DNA from: a virus | Taxonomy: Duplodnaviria > Caudoviricetes | Virus record (IMG/VR): IMGVR_UViG_3300025372_000014 | Span: 1 to 64,000 of that record | DNA: 64,000 nucleotides | Direction: 5' to 3' (one strand) | In this document: piece by piece, positions 17,719-27,635 of the stretch | How positions within the stretch are numbered: position 1 is the first letter of the stretch | Layout of the letters: every line of letters starts with the position of its first letter | The notes under the pieces: model-generated | What the model saw: the letters and a program-made list of their open reading frames with translations, nothing else | The model's database searches: none | What the model was told of the DNA's origin: nothing | Program-made: the position numbers and the translations under genes

Positions 17719-17890
17719 ATGATCATCATACTATAATTTGTCCCTAGCACAACAAAAAAAATGCATGAATAAAAATTAATTTATTAAAAAAAGCTTGACA
17801 TACCACTTGTCTTACTGTATACTACCGGGCGGGGCCCGGCGCTGTAAACCCTTGAGAATCAGTAACTTACACAAGCCAGAATCGTGTCAA

Positions 17891-17926
17891 GCAAAAACCG
17901 CCCCCTATGTTAGTAGAGGGCGGCTG
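17891..17926 (-). terminator. intrinsic terminator
   Basis: GCCGCCCTCTA..TAGGGGGCGG followed by TTTTT, downstream of the DUF932 gene. Confidence 0.7.
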
Positions 17927-17941
17927 ATGTTAGGCTAGATG

Positions 17942-18730
17942 TTAGGCCTCGACTAGAACCGCATCTTGAGCCTCCACGACTTGCTGGGCCGCGATCCCTG
18001 CGAGAGGGTCGAGCAGTGCGTGTAGAGCGTCCGACCTGCGAGGCAGTGCCATCGCATTACCGCGCAGGACATTGGTGAAGGCGTTGTGCAAGCCCCAGAG
18101 GTTGCGCTCGGAACCCCAGACATCGTGTTCGGGTTCGTGCCACTGGGCGACCACATCCGCAAGCGCAGTCTTGGAAACCGCGCCGCAACGGAAGGCCTTC
18201 ACGATGATGTCGTGGGCATCCTTGTCGGCAATCGCGCAGGACTGATAAGCCTCGACGCGCTTTGCATGGTTGCCCCATGCGCTAGTGAGCTTGCCGAATG
18301 CGCCAGCGAGGAGCATCGGAAGATCGCGCAGGATGAACTTTGTGTGACGACGAGCGATCTTGATCTCGTTGTGGAACGCGAGGTTATCGCAGACGAAAGG
18401 CGCGGAGCCAGCGTTGATGCCAGCAGGGAATGACTTGTCGTGCGAGTTACGCAAACCGATGACAGTCCCGACAGTCTCGGCAAGCGAGAAGTTAGGGATT
18501 CCAGCGACTTGGAAAAGTCCAAAGTAGCGTTGACCATCACGAGCGAGAGCGTGACGCTCCTGCACGATTTCAAGGCCAGCGGTTGCGACAGTCTCGCGCA
18601 AGCCTTCAATGATGCGCGAGTGAGGGATCGGATGCCACGACTCCGTGGCGTTAGGGGTGATGGAGTTGGCGACTTGCTCGGAAGAAACTTCGTGGCCGCC
18701 GCAGTGTAGTGTGAGGTTCAGTGTTTTCAT
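17942..18730 (-). CDS. DUF932/DUF945-family protein
   Basis: WHPIPH, GLRNSHDKS, FVCDNL, RRHT, LWGLHNAFT motifs. Confidence 0.8.
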   Translation of the reverse strand: MKTLNLTLHCGGHEVSSEQVANSITPNATESWHPIPHSRIIEGLRETVATAGLEIVQERHALARDGQRYFGLFQVAGIPNFSLAETVGTVIGLRNSHDKSFPAGINAGSAPFVCDNLAFHNEIKIARRHTKFILRDLPMLLAGAFGKLTSAWGNHAKRVEAYQSCAIADKDAHDIIVKAFRCGAVSKTALADVVAQWHEPEHDVWGSERNLWGLHNAFTNVLRGNAMALPRRSDALHALLDPLAGIAAQQVVEAQDAVLVEA

Positions 18731-19135
18731 TGAGCCTTCATCATCCATCTTTTTGGCGTTCGGTACAATACCTTTTTTACAATTTTGTGCGATTTTTTTG
18801 TATAAAGCGCGCTTGACATTCGTTCGTTTATATAAAGCAAAATGGCTTTTACTTTAGACAACCCACAGAGCCAGTATTTATGCGGCTCCGCGGCCTATTT
18901 GATCTGTAGCCGGTGGCCCACCCGTAGAGCCAGTATCTATGCGCCTGTGCAGTTGTCTTACAAGCCGCCGGGCGGGGCCGGGCGCCGTAACCCGTTGATA
19001 TTCAGCAAGTTACAGCGATTGGTGGTTGGGATGTTATATTAGCGCATTTTGTTTTCCTTTTTTATTTGTTTTTATTATAGTGAATTGCGATAGCCACTAA
19101 CAAGCATATTAGTAGAAAAGTCATGGCTCGTCACG

Positions 19136-19825
19136 TTAAACGGTTTCCGGTTGTAGGACAAAGCCTGACTCGTCCTTTTTCCCCTTGCCCTTGGCGACAA
19201 GTCCGACGATCACGCCCCTTGCATCTTTGAAGCGAAGGTCGGTGTCATCACCATTGACCACGGGCTTTCCGAGATAGGTTTCGGGAAGTTTACCAGCGAA
19301 CACGGCGGCGATGTTACCGCCTAGCTTTGCGATGATCTCAACCACGCTCTGATTGTTTTCTTTGCGTGAGAAAGTCAAGTGGTAGTTGGCAGGCAACTCG
19401 CCACGAAGGAAAGCAAGCATCCGCTTGGGATTGGGCGTGTAGTCGTAGAACATCACTTCAGGGAAGGTGTTCATCTCAATCAGATTTTCCCATGGAAGAT
19501 CAGAGAGAACATTCAACCGCACAGCAAGTTTCATGTTTTTCTTTTTTGCGTTCTTAATCGCAAGAGAGATTTCCTTTTTTAATTGTGCAAGGAAAGCGTC
19601 CTTCTGTTCAATGAAGTAACGAGACTTTTTTAGTCGTGCCTCTTGAACATTAGAAAACACGCCCATGCCCGAAGTGTTGAGGCAGGCGGCGGCACAGCCT
19701 TCCGAAGCGTGAGAGCAAAAGTTTTTGCCGGAGAGATTATAGGGAAGGAGAGACAAGCCAAGCGTGAGCCAGCCGAGTTTTTCGCCTTTGCGGATTTTAG
19801 TGTTGTTGGGTGATAGGAGTTTCAT
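19136..19825 (-). CDS. gp88-like phage protein (Cys cluster, radical-SAM-like)
   Basis: CSHASEGCAAACL, VRLNVLSD, FYDYT, NYHLTFS, GDDTDLRF.D, VGLVAKG. Confidence 0.8.
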   Translation of the reverse strand: MKLLSPNNTKIRKGEKLGWLTLGLSLLPYNLSGKNFCSHASEGCAAACLNTSGMGVFSNVQEARLKKSRYFIEQKDAFLAQLKKEISLAIKNAKKKNMKLAVRLNVLSDLPWENLIEMNTFPEVMFYDYTPNPKRMLAFLRGELPANYHLTFSRKENNQSVVEIIAKLGGNIAAVFAGKLPETYLGKPVVNGDDTDLRFKDARGVIVGLVAKGKGKKDESGFVLQPETV

Positions 19826-19866
19826 GGTTCTATGATTTTGATTATTTTTTGCGATAGTGTCAACGA

Positions 19867-20373
19867 TCAATTTTCTGGATCCCAGTCATTTGATCCTTCA
19901 CGAATTAGATGTCCTTCTGGCACACGATCCGTTGCCCATCCCATAAAGTTTTCCCTAGTGATTCCGTCGAGCGTATCCTTTGCCGCTTGCATGGCATCAG
20001 CTTTGAACTTTTCAGCCTTGCCCTTGTATTGCTTGCTCACAGGAGAATCTTGCCAGAGACGGATATTCTCCCATGTAAGACCACGCACGATGTCCTCCGA
20101 TGTCGTGAGAAAGTAGGCGAAGCTCTCGCCGATGTAGTGAAGGAAACCATCTCCGAGCGTTTGTCCGTTGCTTACCCATCCTCCCTCGTCGTCAATGTTG
20201 CTTGTGACATTTGCACCAGCGATACCAAGGTTGAAGTAGCGATTGAAAGAGCGTTCGATCTGTTGGCGAGTGCCAGAAAGACCGAAAGCCAATCCGTTGC
20301 CATAGGATGAAATCGCTTCAGAGGCGAAGGCGTTGAGGGTTGCGTTAGGGGTTTGGGTGTTGTTGTTTGTCAT
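19867..20373 (-). CDS. hypothetical protein
   Basis: 168-aa ORF; TTGCAA-17-TAGTTT-6-ATG. Confidence 0.75.
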   Translation of the reverse strand: MTNNNTQTPNATLNAFASEAISSYGNGLAFGLSGTRQQIERSFNRYFNLGIAGANVTSNIDDEGGWVSNGQTLGDGFLHYIGESFAYFLTTSEDIVRGLTWENIRLWQDSPVSKQYKGKAEKFKADAMQAAKDTLDGITRENFMGWATDRVPEGHLIREGSNDWDPEN

Positions 20374-20605
20374 GGTTCAAAACTATCCGATGCCGTCTCG
20401 AATTGCAAAATCTTTTTTCATTTTGGCGAAACTTTTTTTGTGCGAAACTTGTTGACAGCCGTAGAGCTAGTGTTTATGCGGCTCCGTGGACTAGTTCGTC
20501 TACGGGTGGGTGGGTATCCGTACAGCCCCATTCTATGCGGCTCCGCGAGGGGTGGGCAACCCGCCGGGCGGGGCCCGGTCACGTAAGTCATTGATTTGTA
20601 GTAAC

Positions 20606-21037
20606 TTAGAATGATTGCGTCTCTCTAAGGTATGTTAGGCGATTATTGGATATTAAGTAACTCTCTTCTAGCCTCTGAAGTGGACGATTTAATCCAGTAT
20701 CATAAATTGATCCGTTTATGATAGCAAAAGCGTGACGATTAGTTGCAACATAGTAGCGACCAGTTGGGTTCTCTTTAATGAACCTCTGAATGGTGATACT
20801 TTTGTAACGCTTTTTTTTGTATGTTATGCCGTACTCCTTTTTGGCATATTTAAGTAATTTTTCTGGATCAAAACCATGACCATTTTTTCTGCCAGCTTCA
20901 ACGCCTATCTTGTGAGCATACTCGTAAGGTATGCCAGCACTTGCCGCCAATGCACGAATCGTGCAGTCTCTAAACTCTCTGATTCCAGACCTTGCTCTTC
21001 CAGCGTCAGAGCAGATTGTTCGTGATTTTAAATCCAT
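20606..21037 (-). CDS. conserved phage protein (DCTIRALA...HAFAI..G..YD)
   Basis: Cys/His/Asp motif pattern, possibly a papain-like fold. Confidence 0.7.
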   Translation of the reverse strand: MDLKSRTICSDAGRARSGIREFRDCTIRALAASAGIPYEYAHKIGVEAGRKNGHGFDPEKLLKYAKKEYGITYKKKRYKSITIQRFIKENPTGRYYVATNRHAFAIINGSIYDTGLNRPLQRLEESYLISNNRLTYLRETQSF

Positions 21038-21146
21038 TTTTATTTGAGAAGAAAGTTGGAGCCCATGCGAGTGTTTTACGACATCCTTTTAACTCGCACA
21101 CCCAATGAAGTCGAGGTGCTAGCGGGACTTTGCTAGATGATTGCAA

Positions 21147-21419
21147 CTAGGCGATCAACTCAAAGCGGTTGATGCGATCCAAGCGGAACCTGCGGATGTC
21201 ATCCACAGCAGGGACATAGCAAGTGATTCCCTCACCAGCAGGATTGTTCACTCCACGATCCTCCTTGTAGAAGAACTTCCCGAAAGGACGGGAAACTTGA
21301 TACTCCTTCGGCTCAAAACCATTCGTCGCCGCCGAGTAGACGATGCGATAGGTTCTGCACAAGCCGAGCTTGTAAGCGAGTTTCGTGAAGAGGAGGTTGA
21401 GACGGATTGCGGTTTTCAT
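21147..21419 (-). CDS. stand-alone WYL-like domain protein
   Basis: N-terminal RIVY and C-terminal IRRFRLDRI. Confidence 0.6.
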   Translation of the reverse strand: MKTAIRLNLLFTKLAYKLGLCRTYRIVYSAATNGFEPKEYQVSRPFGKFFYKEDRGVNNPAGEGITCYVPAVDDIRRFRLDRINRFELIA

Positions 21420-21481
21420 GGTAGTGTTGTTTTTGTTTTGTTGTTTCTGTATTTTGATTATTAAAAATTTTGGGTGATGTG

Positions 21482-21691
21482 TCAAGAGACAATCTTGATA
21501 TTTTTTGCGGCTCTGTATGCCGAGATCATCTCACCGATGCGGTTACGACTGGACTTGGTGAAGTAACTATTAACTCCCCAGTTGGCTTTGATGTTCTTGT
21601 GAGCTTTGACTTCGCTCTGAATTGCAATCGCCAGATAGGCACGGATGTTGCAGACATTGGTGAAGTTGAGTGTGGTGTTCTTATTTTTCAT
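21482..21691 (-). CDS. hypothetical protein
   Basis: Leaderless promoter; resembles 23859-24050. Confidence 0.65.
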   Translation of the reverse strand: MKNKNTTLNFTNVCNIRAYLAIAIQSEVKAHKNIKANWGVNSYFTKSSRNRIGEMISAYRAAKNIKIVS

Positions 21692-21927
21692 ACTTCTAGT
21701 ATAAGCAGACTTCGCAGAAAAAACGAGAAAAATCGTATGGCTAGATGAAATTATTTTTATTGAAATCGCTTGACAGCCCTAGCCCTAGTATTTATGCCGC
21801 TCCAAGCTATATTCGTCTACAGGCAGGGGGTCGGCTCTAGAGCCAGTGTTCATGCGCCTCTACAGATGATCACCGGCTGACCGGGCGGGACCCGGCGCCG
21901 TAACCCCTTGGTTATCAGCGCTTTACA

Positions 21928-22194
21928 TTAATCGGTCATTTTAGTGACGAAAACAGGAGTATATTCACCCATGTAAGCACCAGCGATGTTAAATTCAAAG
22001 AATTCCCATGCTTCATCTCTATCCATTCCTTCGGACATTAGCTTGGTGATAATTTTATTGGTATCGTAAGCAATCACAGATGGGCGACCAGCTTGCGAGG
22101 TAAAACCAATGATGCAGTCATCATACCCATCGGCCTTCAGAACATTTTCGTCAAGGCATTCTAGGAGATCGTCAAGATCAATTTTAGAACTCAT
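21928..22194 (-). CDS. conserved acidic phage protein
   Basis: ADGYDDCIIG..AYD..EA.EFFEFNI.GAY.GE.TP. Confidence 0.75.
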   Translation of the reverse strand: MSSKIDLDDLLECLDENVLKADGYDDCIIGFTSQAGRPSVIAYDTNKIITKLMSEGMDRDEAWEFFEFNIAGAYMGEYTPVFVTKMTD

Positions 22195-23521
22195 AGCCGC
22201 CTCCTATGTCGTTCCTGTCTTCAACAGAAGAATCTAGATATTGGTCTGGCTCTACTTCGTCCATGCTTCTAGGCGTGTGACCTAGTTCATGCTCCTCCAT
22301 GTAGTATTCTGGCTCGTTGCTGTTATCGGGGTCGTTGGGGTCTTGCATAATCTGATTAAAATGTTTTTTGGTTATGGTGTCAAGCGTTGATCGTGGCGCA
22401 GAACTCTCTGAATCCACGCACGATGTGTGAGATATCGCCGGTAGTGCTACAGAGTGCATCGGCAATGCTTATCGCACAATCACGCTCAAGCTGAAGCTGA
22501 AGCAATTTCTTCATCACTTCTCGCTTAGTAACTCCGGCAGTAGACTCTTCAAGAGCATCCAGCATTAGATCAAAGTCCATTTTAGTAAAATTCTTTTTGA
22601 TCATTTTATTTAATTCCTAACTGACTGAGTTTCTTTTTGAATACCGCATCTTGGATTTTCTGCCAGCCTTCCTCTTGGAATGGCGTTTGCGCGAGGGACT
22701 CATCATTCCAATGAAACGATGGGATGCCCCAAGAATTAGCCTCATAGGTTGCGGCACTATGCTTAACGGCAAGGTGTCGCCAAACTAAAGAGGTGGCGAG
22801 TGAGTCGATCACGCAGAAGGTGATGGCGACGATGGACATGACTAGGATGTTGCGCGTGGTGTTGTTCATTATTGTGTTTATTTAGGGTTAGTTTAACTGA
22901 TAGCCGTAGTTGATACCAAGAGAATCTTCTCTCTCAAGATCACCGATCTGCTCCTCCCATCCAGCGATGTCGTCCTGCAAGGTCTCTAGTGACTGCTGAC
23001 GAATGATGTAGAGAGGATGTTCTGGAAAAAGCATCGACATCTGCTTTTCGATTGCCGCGATCTCTTTTTCCGCTTGTGCAATTTTTTTGTTCAGTTTGGG
23101 GATGAGGTAGTGCATAGAGTAATTAAAAAGAATTTTTATTGTTCAGTCAAGCTTTCCGAGATTTTTCCATTCTCTTCTTGGCTTTAAGCTCCTCAAAAGA
23201 ACTTACGCCATTTTTTTCATATAGCTCCTCAAGACCTTCTTTCGCACCTTCACGAATTGCGGTGATAATCTCAAAAAGAAAACCGGCAACCTTGAAAAGA
23301 ATCCAAAGGGCGACAGAGACGAATACGATGGTTTCAGCGATGTGTAGTATGGTGTTCATAAAGTAATTAAAATGTTTTTTTATTGTTCAGTCAACCCAAA
23401 TGTTCGGATTGCCATGCTCTTTGACGATAGCCTCCAACTCATCAAGCCAAGCCTCGTACTCGGAGGCGTAAGCGGCGAGATCGTCAACTGCGGTTTCTTT
23501 AGGGTCGAGTAGTAGTTCCAT
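22184..23521 (-). other. cassette of six small hypothetical ORFs (22184-22348, 22380-22604, 22606-22869, 22888-23115, 23147-23359, 23387-23521)
   Basis: Tightly packed co-oriented ORFs, two with TM segments; duplicated TTGACT-17-TTTAAT promoters. Confidence 0.65.
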
Positions 23522-23858
23522 GATTAGAGAATACCATAAAAAGAGTTTTGTGCAATAATTATTTATAAAAAAATTTCGACCGAATGGGAGAAAACGATTG
23601 ACAGCCTGCAGGCCCAGTGTTTATGCGGCTCCGCGGCCTACTTCATCTACAGCCGGTAGGCTAGCCTCAGAGCCAGTATCTGTGCGGCTCCGCGAGGGGT
23701 GACCGACCCGCCGGGCGGGACCGGGCGCTGTAAGTCGTTGATTTTGAGTTACTTACGAAAAAGGGATATGATGAGCAATGTTAGTGGATAAAAGTAGGTA
23801 AAAGCCGCCAAGATTACGCCAGAGATTGCTAGGATGTTATCAATCATATTATTAGATG

Positions 23859-24896
23859 TTAAAGCGCACGAATTTCGCGCAGTGCGGAGATATTTTCCTT
23901 GATTTCGTTAGTCCAGAAGTCCACGGAGCTAACATGGCGAATCTGTTGCGCATTTCGACGACTTTGCCACGATTTAGCGATGAGAGATCGGATGGCAACA
24001 CGGGCAGTGAATTTGGTTGAAGTGGAGAGAGTTTTTTGTGTGTTTTTCATATTGTTAGTTATTTGGTTAGTTGTGATGTTATTATGGGCGAGATTGGATG
24101 CCTTCTCTGACGGCTTTTATAGCCTTGCCAGTAGCCTCGTATTCGTCCTTGATGGGAGAGTCACGATAGACCGCAGATAACATGAGCAGATAATGCTCCA
24201 TGATTTTAGCGGCTTCAATGATCTGTTTGTCGGAGTAAGGAGAGATGTTTCTCATGATAGTTATAGGGTTAGGGTTAGAGGGATTGAGCAAAGCGAACCT
24301 TTGCCATGTTGTAGTACTTAACGCCAGACCATTTCGGGTCTTTGTACTGCTCACGGAAGCTGTCCCTAGTTTCTTGGTAGCGTTCGCTCATCTCACGAAG
24401 AGTGAACCAGCGACCAGCGGTGAAAGTGGGATCGGTCATCCCATAGTTTGTACCGAGGAAGGTGTGAATCTTGATCTCGTACTCGCCATCATTCCAGCGA
24501 GTGTCGGAGATCAGTTCTTGAACTCCTGCGCCTCCCCAGTTGATGATGAGTGCCATCCCGATGTTCGGGGTGAAGCTAGGAGTGAAAGTGACAGGCGAAG
24601 TGGTGATTGAGTTGTTCATATTTTTATTTCCTTTATTTTGTATGCTACTAGTGTATCAGAAACCTTTCCGAAAAGCAACGCTAGAGTTGTGGTTGAGTGT
24701 TGTTCGGGGCGACACATCCTGTCCCGATTTTGCGCTTCACCCAATGAGTGTTTGGGCAAGGCTTGCCGATGGTTGCGGAGCCTACTGGATACCACGCCCT
24801 TTCCCATCCGACGATTTGACCGACCAGATCGCCCTCTTGGACGATTTCGCCTGTGTTGAGTGTCCTGTAGTTGTTGAGGTTTTCTTTATCTTTCAT
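23859..24896 (-). other. cassette of small hypothetical ORFs (23859-24050, 24082-24255, 24275-24619, 24681-24896)
   Basis: Co-oriented ORFs between repeat copies 11 and 12. Confidence 0.6.
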
Positions 24897-25118
24897 GCTA
24901 TAAGCGTATCACAGGTCATGCAAAAATGCGACAAAAATCGTTCGGTTACCTACGGGTCATCACGACACATCCTGTCACCGCGTACCCAGAGTGTTAACAT
25001 TCATCTACAGCCCATGCCCTGCCTGTAGAGCTAGTGTTTATGCGGCTCCAGCGTTGTCTTACAACCCGCCGGGGGGAGCCGGGCGCTGTAAGCTGTTCTC
25101 TGTCAACAACTTATGCTT

Positions 25119-25502
25119 TTACTCTTTCACTGCTACTAACATCCCATGAATACCATTCCGATTTGCCTCTAGAATTGTGTCTACATTATCATCAATGTGT
25201 AGAACACTATTTAACATCTGTAAATGTGGAAGTTTTGCTTCACCTTTTGTCGCAATCATTCCAGTAATCGGAAGTTTATGATCCGCAACAAATTGCTGAA
25301 CCTCATGCATATGATCCCAGCTTCTGAAACTAACAATCCAGATATCATACCCATGCTTTGCCTTATCAAAGACAATTTCAAAGATTTCCTCTATAGGAGT
25401 TAACACTCCATTATCCAGATGCTCAATTGGATTTTCTGGATTCCAGACTCCATGAGTCTTTGCTAGTGTTTCGTCGAAGTCTACTGTGATTACTTTATTC
25501 AT
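25119..25502 (-). CDS. HAD-superfamily phosphatase-like protein
   Basis: Motif I VDFDETL, motif II IVS, motif IV HIDD. Confidence 0.75.
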   Translation of the reverse strand: MNKVITVDFDETLAKTHGVWNPENPIEHLDNGVLTPIEEIFEIVFDKAKHGYDIWIVSFRSWDHMHEVQQFVADHKLPITGMIATKGEAKLPHLQMLNSVLHIDDNVDTILEANRNGIHGMLVAVKE

Positions 25503-25899
25503 ATATTTTACTGGTTAAGATTGTCCTCTTTCAAATTCTTCTTTGCGATCTCTGCGGCGATCTTGTTCAGCCTCATCACCCTTTCCATGAGGGTTTCTGC
25601 TTTGATCGTTTGGTTGTTCTTATCTTTCATGGTTAAAGAATAGCATGGAGCCGCAAGAATTACAACAAAAAAATTCGCATGGGATAAACTTTTTTTTATA
25701 AAAAATGCTTGACAATGGCATTGTCTTACACTATACTACCGGGCGGCGCCCGGCCTTGTAAGTGGTTGATTACCAACCCTTTCCGTACTTCTGTCGTCTT
25801 TTGTACAATTTTTTGCTTGACACGGCGCGTTGGACAGGCGCATACGGCTGTCTTACCTTGATGTCTTTCAGTTGTATTACAAAGCGTTCGGTTTTCATA

Positions 25900-26130
25900 T
25901 TATTCAGCAGGGCAGTTCTCCCAGTACCAGTCAGCATAGGAGAGTTTCCACTCTTCCTCGAATGCGATCATCTGCTCACCTGTGTAGGTGAAAGTCCGCA
26001 TCAGTTGACGCTTGATGATTCCCAAGTCGTACTCCTCAAAGCTCCTCTCAACAAGCGTTGAAAGCTCGCGGTCATTGATCGCGCGAAGCATGAGTTCCGA
26101 AGTGGTGTTGTGGGTGATGTCAATTTTCAT
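25900..26130 (-). CDS. hypothetical protein
   Basis: Start moved to ATG 26130. Confidence 0.55.
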   Translation of the reverse strand: MKIDITHNTTSELMLRAINDRELSTLVERSFEEYDLGIIKRQLMRTFTYTGEQMIAFEEEWKLSYADWYWENCPAE

Positions 26131-26620
26131 ATTCTGATTATGAGGGTTAAGGTTAATTTTGTAAAGCGTAAAAATTACTTTGCAGTAACTTTTTTCTGTG
26201 CTTGTTTCCAAGCATTCCAGCGGACTTTTCTGGCAGTCCAGATTCTGTTTTGACGCTCCCAGCGAGCGACTTCCCACTCTTGAGAAGTTTGATTGTTATT
26301 CTTATTGTTCATGCTGTAAGCATACCATGATGACCCGAAAAACACTACAAAAATCTTTCGGCTATCGCAGGTAGGAACGACACATCCTGTCAGTGTGTGC
26401 CCATAGTGTTAACATTCATCTACAGCCTATACCCTACCGCTAGAGCCAGTGTTTATGCGGGTCTACGGGTGGTGACCGGCTGACCGGGCGGGGCCCGGCG
26501 CCGTAAGTTGTTGATACTCAGGGCTTTATCTCTCTCATGATTCCTGCGATGTAAAATCGCCAATTCTTTGGCTTATGAACCAAACAATTTAGGTGAAGTG
26601 AGATGCGATAGAGGCTCATG

Positions 26621-26911
26621 TTAAGTGTTCTTGATTTTCATCTCTAATTGACGAATTTTTGCTTCAAGCTCTTTCGTATGCCTACGATAGAAAGCCAAGT
26701 CTTGCTCGTAAGTTTTAACCGCAAAAAGCAAGTTCTTGACTTGATCTTCTGCAGTTCCAGAGAGGATGATCGGATCGTCAAAGCGTTCCTTATTCATTCG
26801 CTTCTGTTCGGAATCCATGATGGCGGTCTGGATTCTATCGTGTCTAGCTTCTGGAGTTTCACCGCCACAGGTTACTTTGAAGCTACGGAGAGGGTATTTG
26901 TATGATCTCAT
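26621..26911 (-). CDS. hypothetical protein with C-terminal coiled coil
   Basis: 96-aa ORF. Confidence 0.6.
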   Translation of the reverse strand: MRSYKYPLRSFKVTCGGETPEARHDRIQTAIMDSEQKRMNKERFDDPIILSGTAEDQVKNLLFAVKTYEQDLAFYRRHTKELEAKIRQLEMKIKNT

Positions 26912-27635
26912 ATTCTTTATTTATTTTCGATGTGTTTGTTTATATTGTCAATCAGCTTTTCGTTAGCCTTTGCGTAGGCTTCCAGATTCCTTGCGAACGC
27001 TTCAAGGCGAGCTTTGAGAGGATTTTGTTTTGGGGCTTTTCTTCTTTTCATGCTTTCAATGTATCAGAGTGATTCCGTTTTGTCAACCGATTTTTTTTGT
27101 TTTTTTATTCTTCTTCTGGTTCAAACTCTGCCCATTCTCCGCAGTCCTTGCAGAGGGCAATGTAATCGTTCTGTTCCAGAACTGGTGAGAGTGGACTATT
27201 GGAAGCCCCACAGCAGTTGCTGACGAGCTTTGTTTCTTTGAGTGTTTCTTTATCTTTCATGCTATGAGCATAGCCCCAAACCGAAAAAATTACAACAAGT
27301 ATTTTTCATTTTGATAAACTTTTTTTTGACGATTTGGCTTGACAGTCAAGCCGCCGACTTGGTGTCTACCTTCATCCGCAGGCAGGGGGGTGTCTGTAGA
27401 GCTAGTGTTTATGCGGGTCTACGCTGTAAGACAAGCCGACCGGGCGGGGCCCGGCGCTGTAAGTGCTTGATGTTCAGCTACTTATCGCGTTGCCTTTGCC
27501 AGACTCTGGCATAGATGTTATATACGCGCTTTTCATACTCTGGATGTGAGCCTAACTTCACGCCTCGCCGACGCAGTATGTCGGCGAGGTGACGCTTGAG
27601 TTGTATCTGTTGGACTATTGTCATACAAGCGAGTA

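Larger units (their letters stand above)
8102..27485. repeat. dispersed 15-copy intergenic element: GC core CCSGG-N5-CCSGG + 4 bp + 27-bp IHF-like palindrome
   Basis: Cores at 8133, 9664, 12589, 13727, 16166, 17412 (spacer CCCCG) and 17825, 18968, 20564, 21881, 23711, 25069, 25739, 26484, 27440 (spacer CGGGG or a variant). Confidence 0.93.

Noticed and set aside
17825-27454. Core as a canonical KOPS motif (GGGNAGGG)
   Set aside because: GGGCGGGG is one mismatch away, but several copies read CGGCGGGG and the conserved unit is much longer; kept only as an analogy.
8102-27485. Integron attC sites, REP elements or simple terminators
   Set aside because: No RYYYAAC/GTTRRRY ends, no long bottom-strand hairpin, no U-tracts, no integrase, and orientation is independent of transcription.
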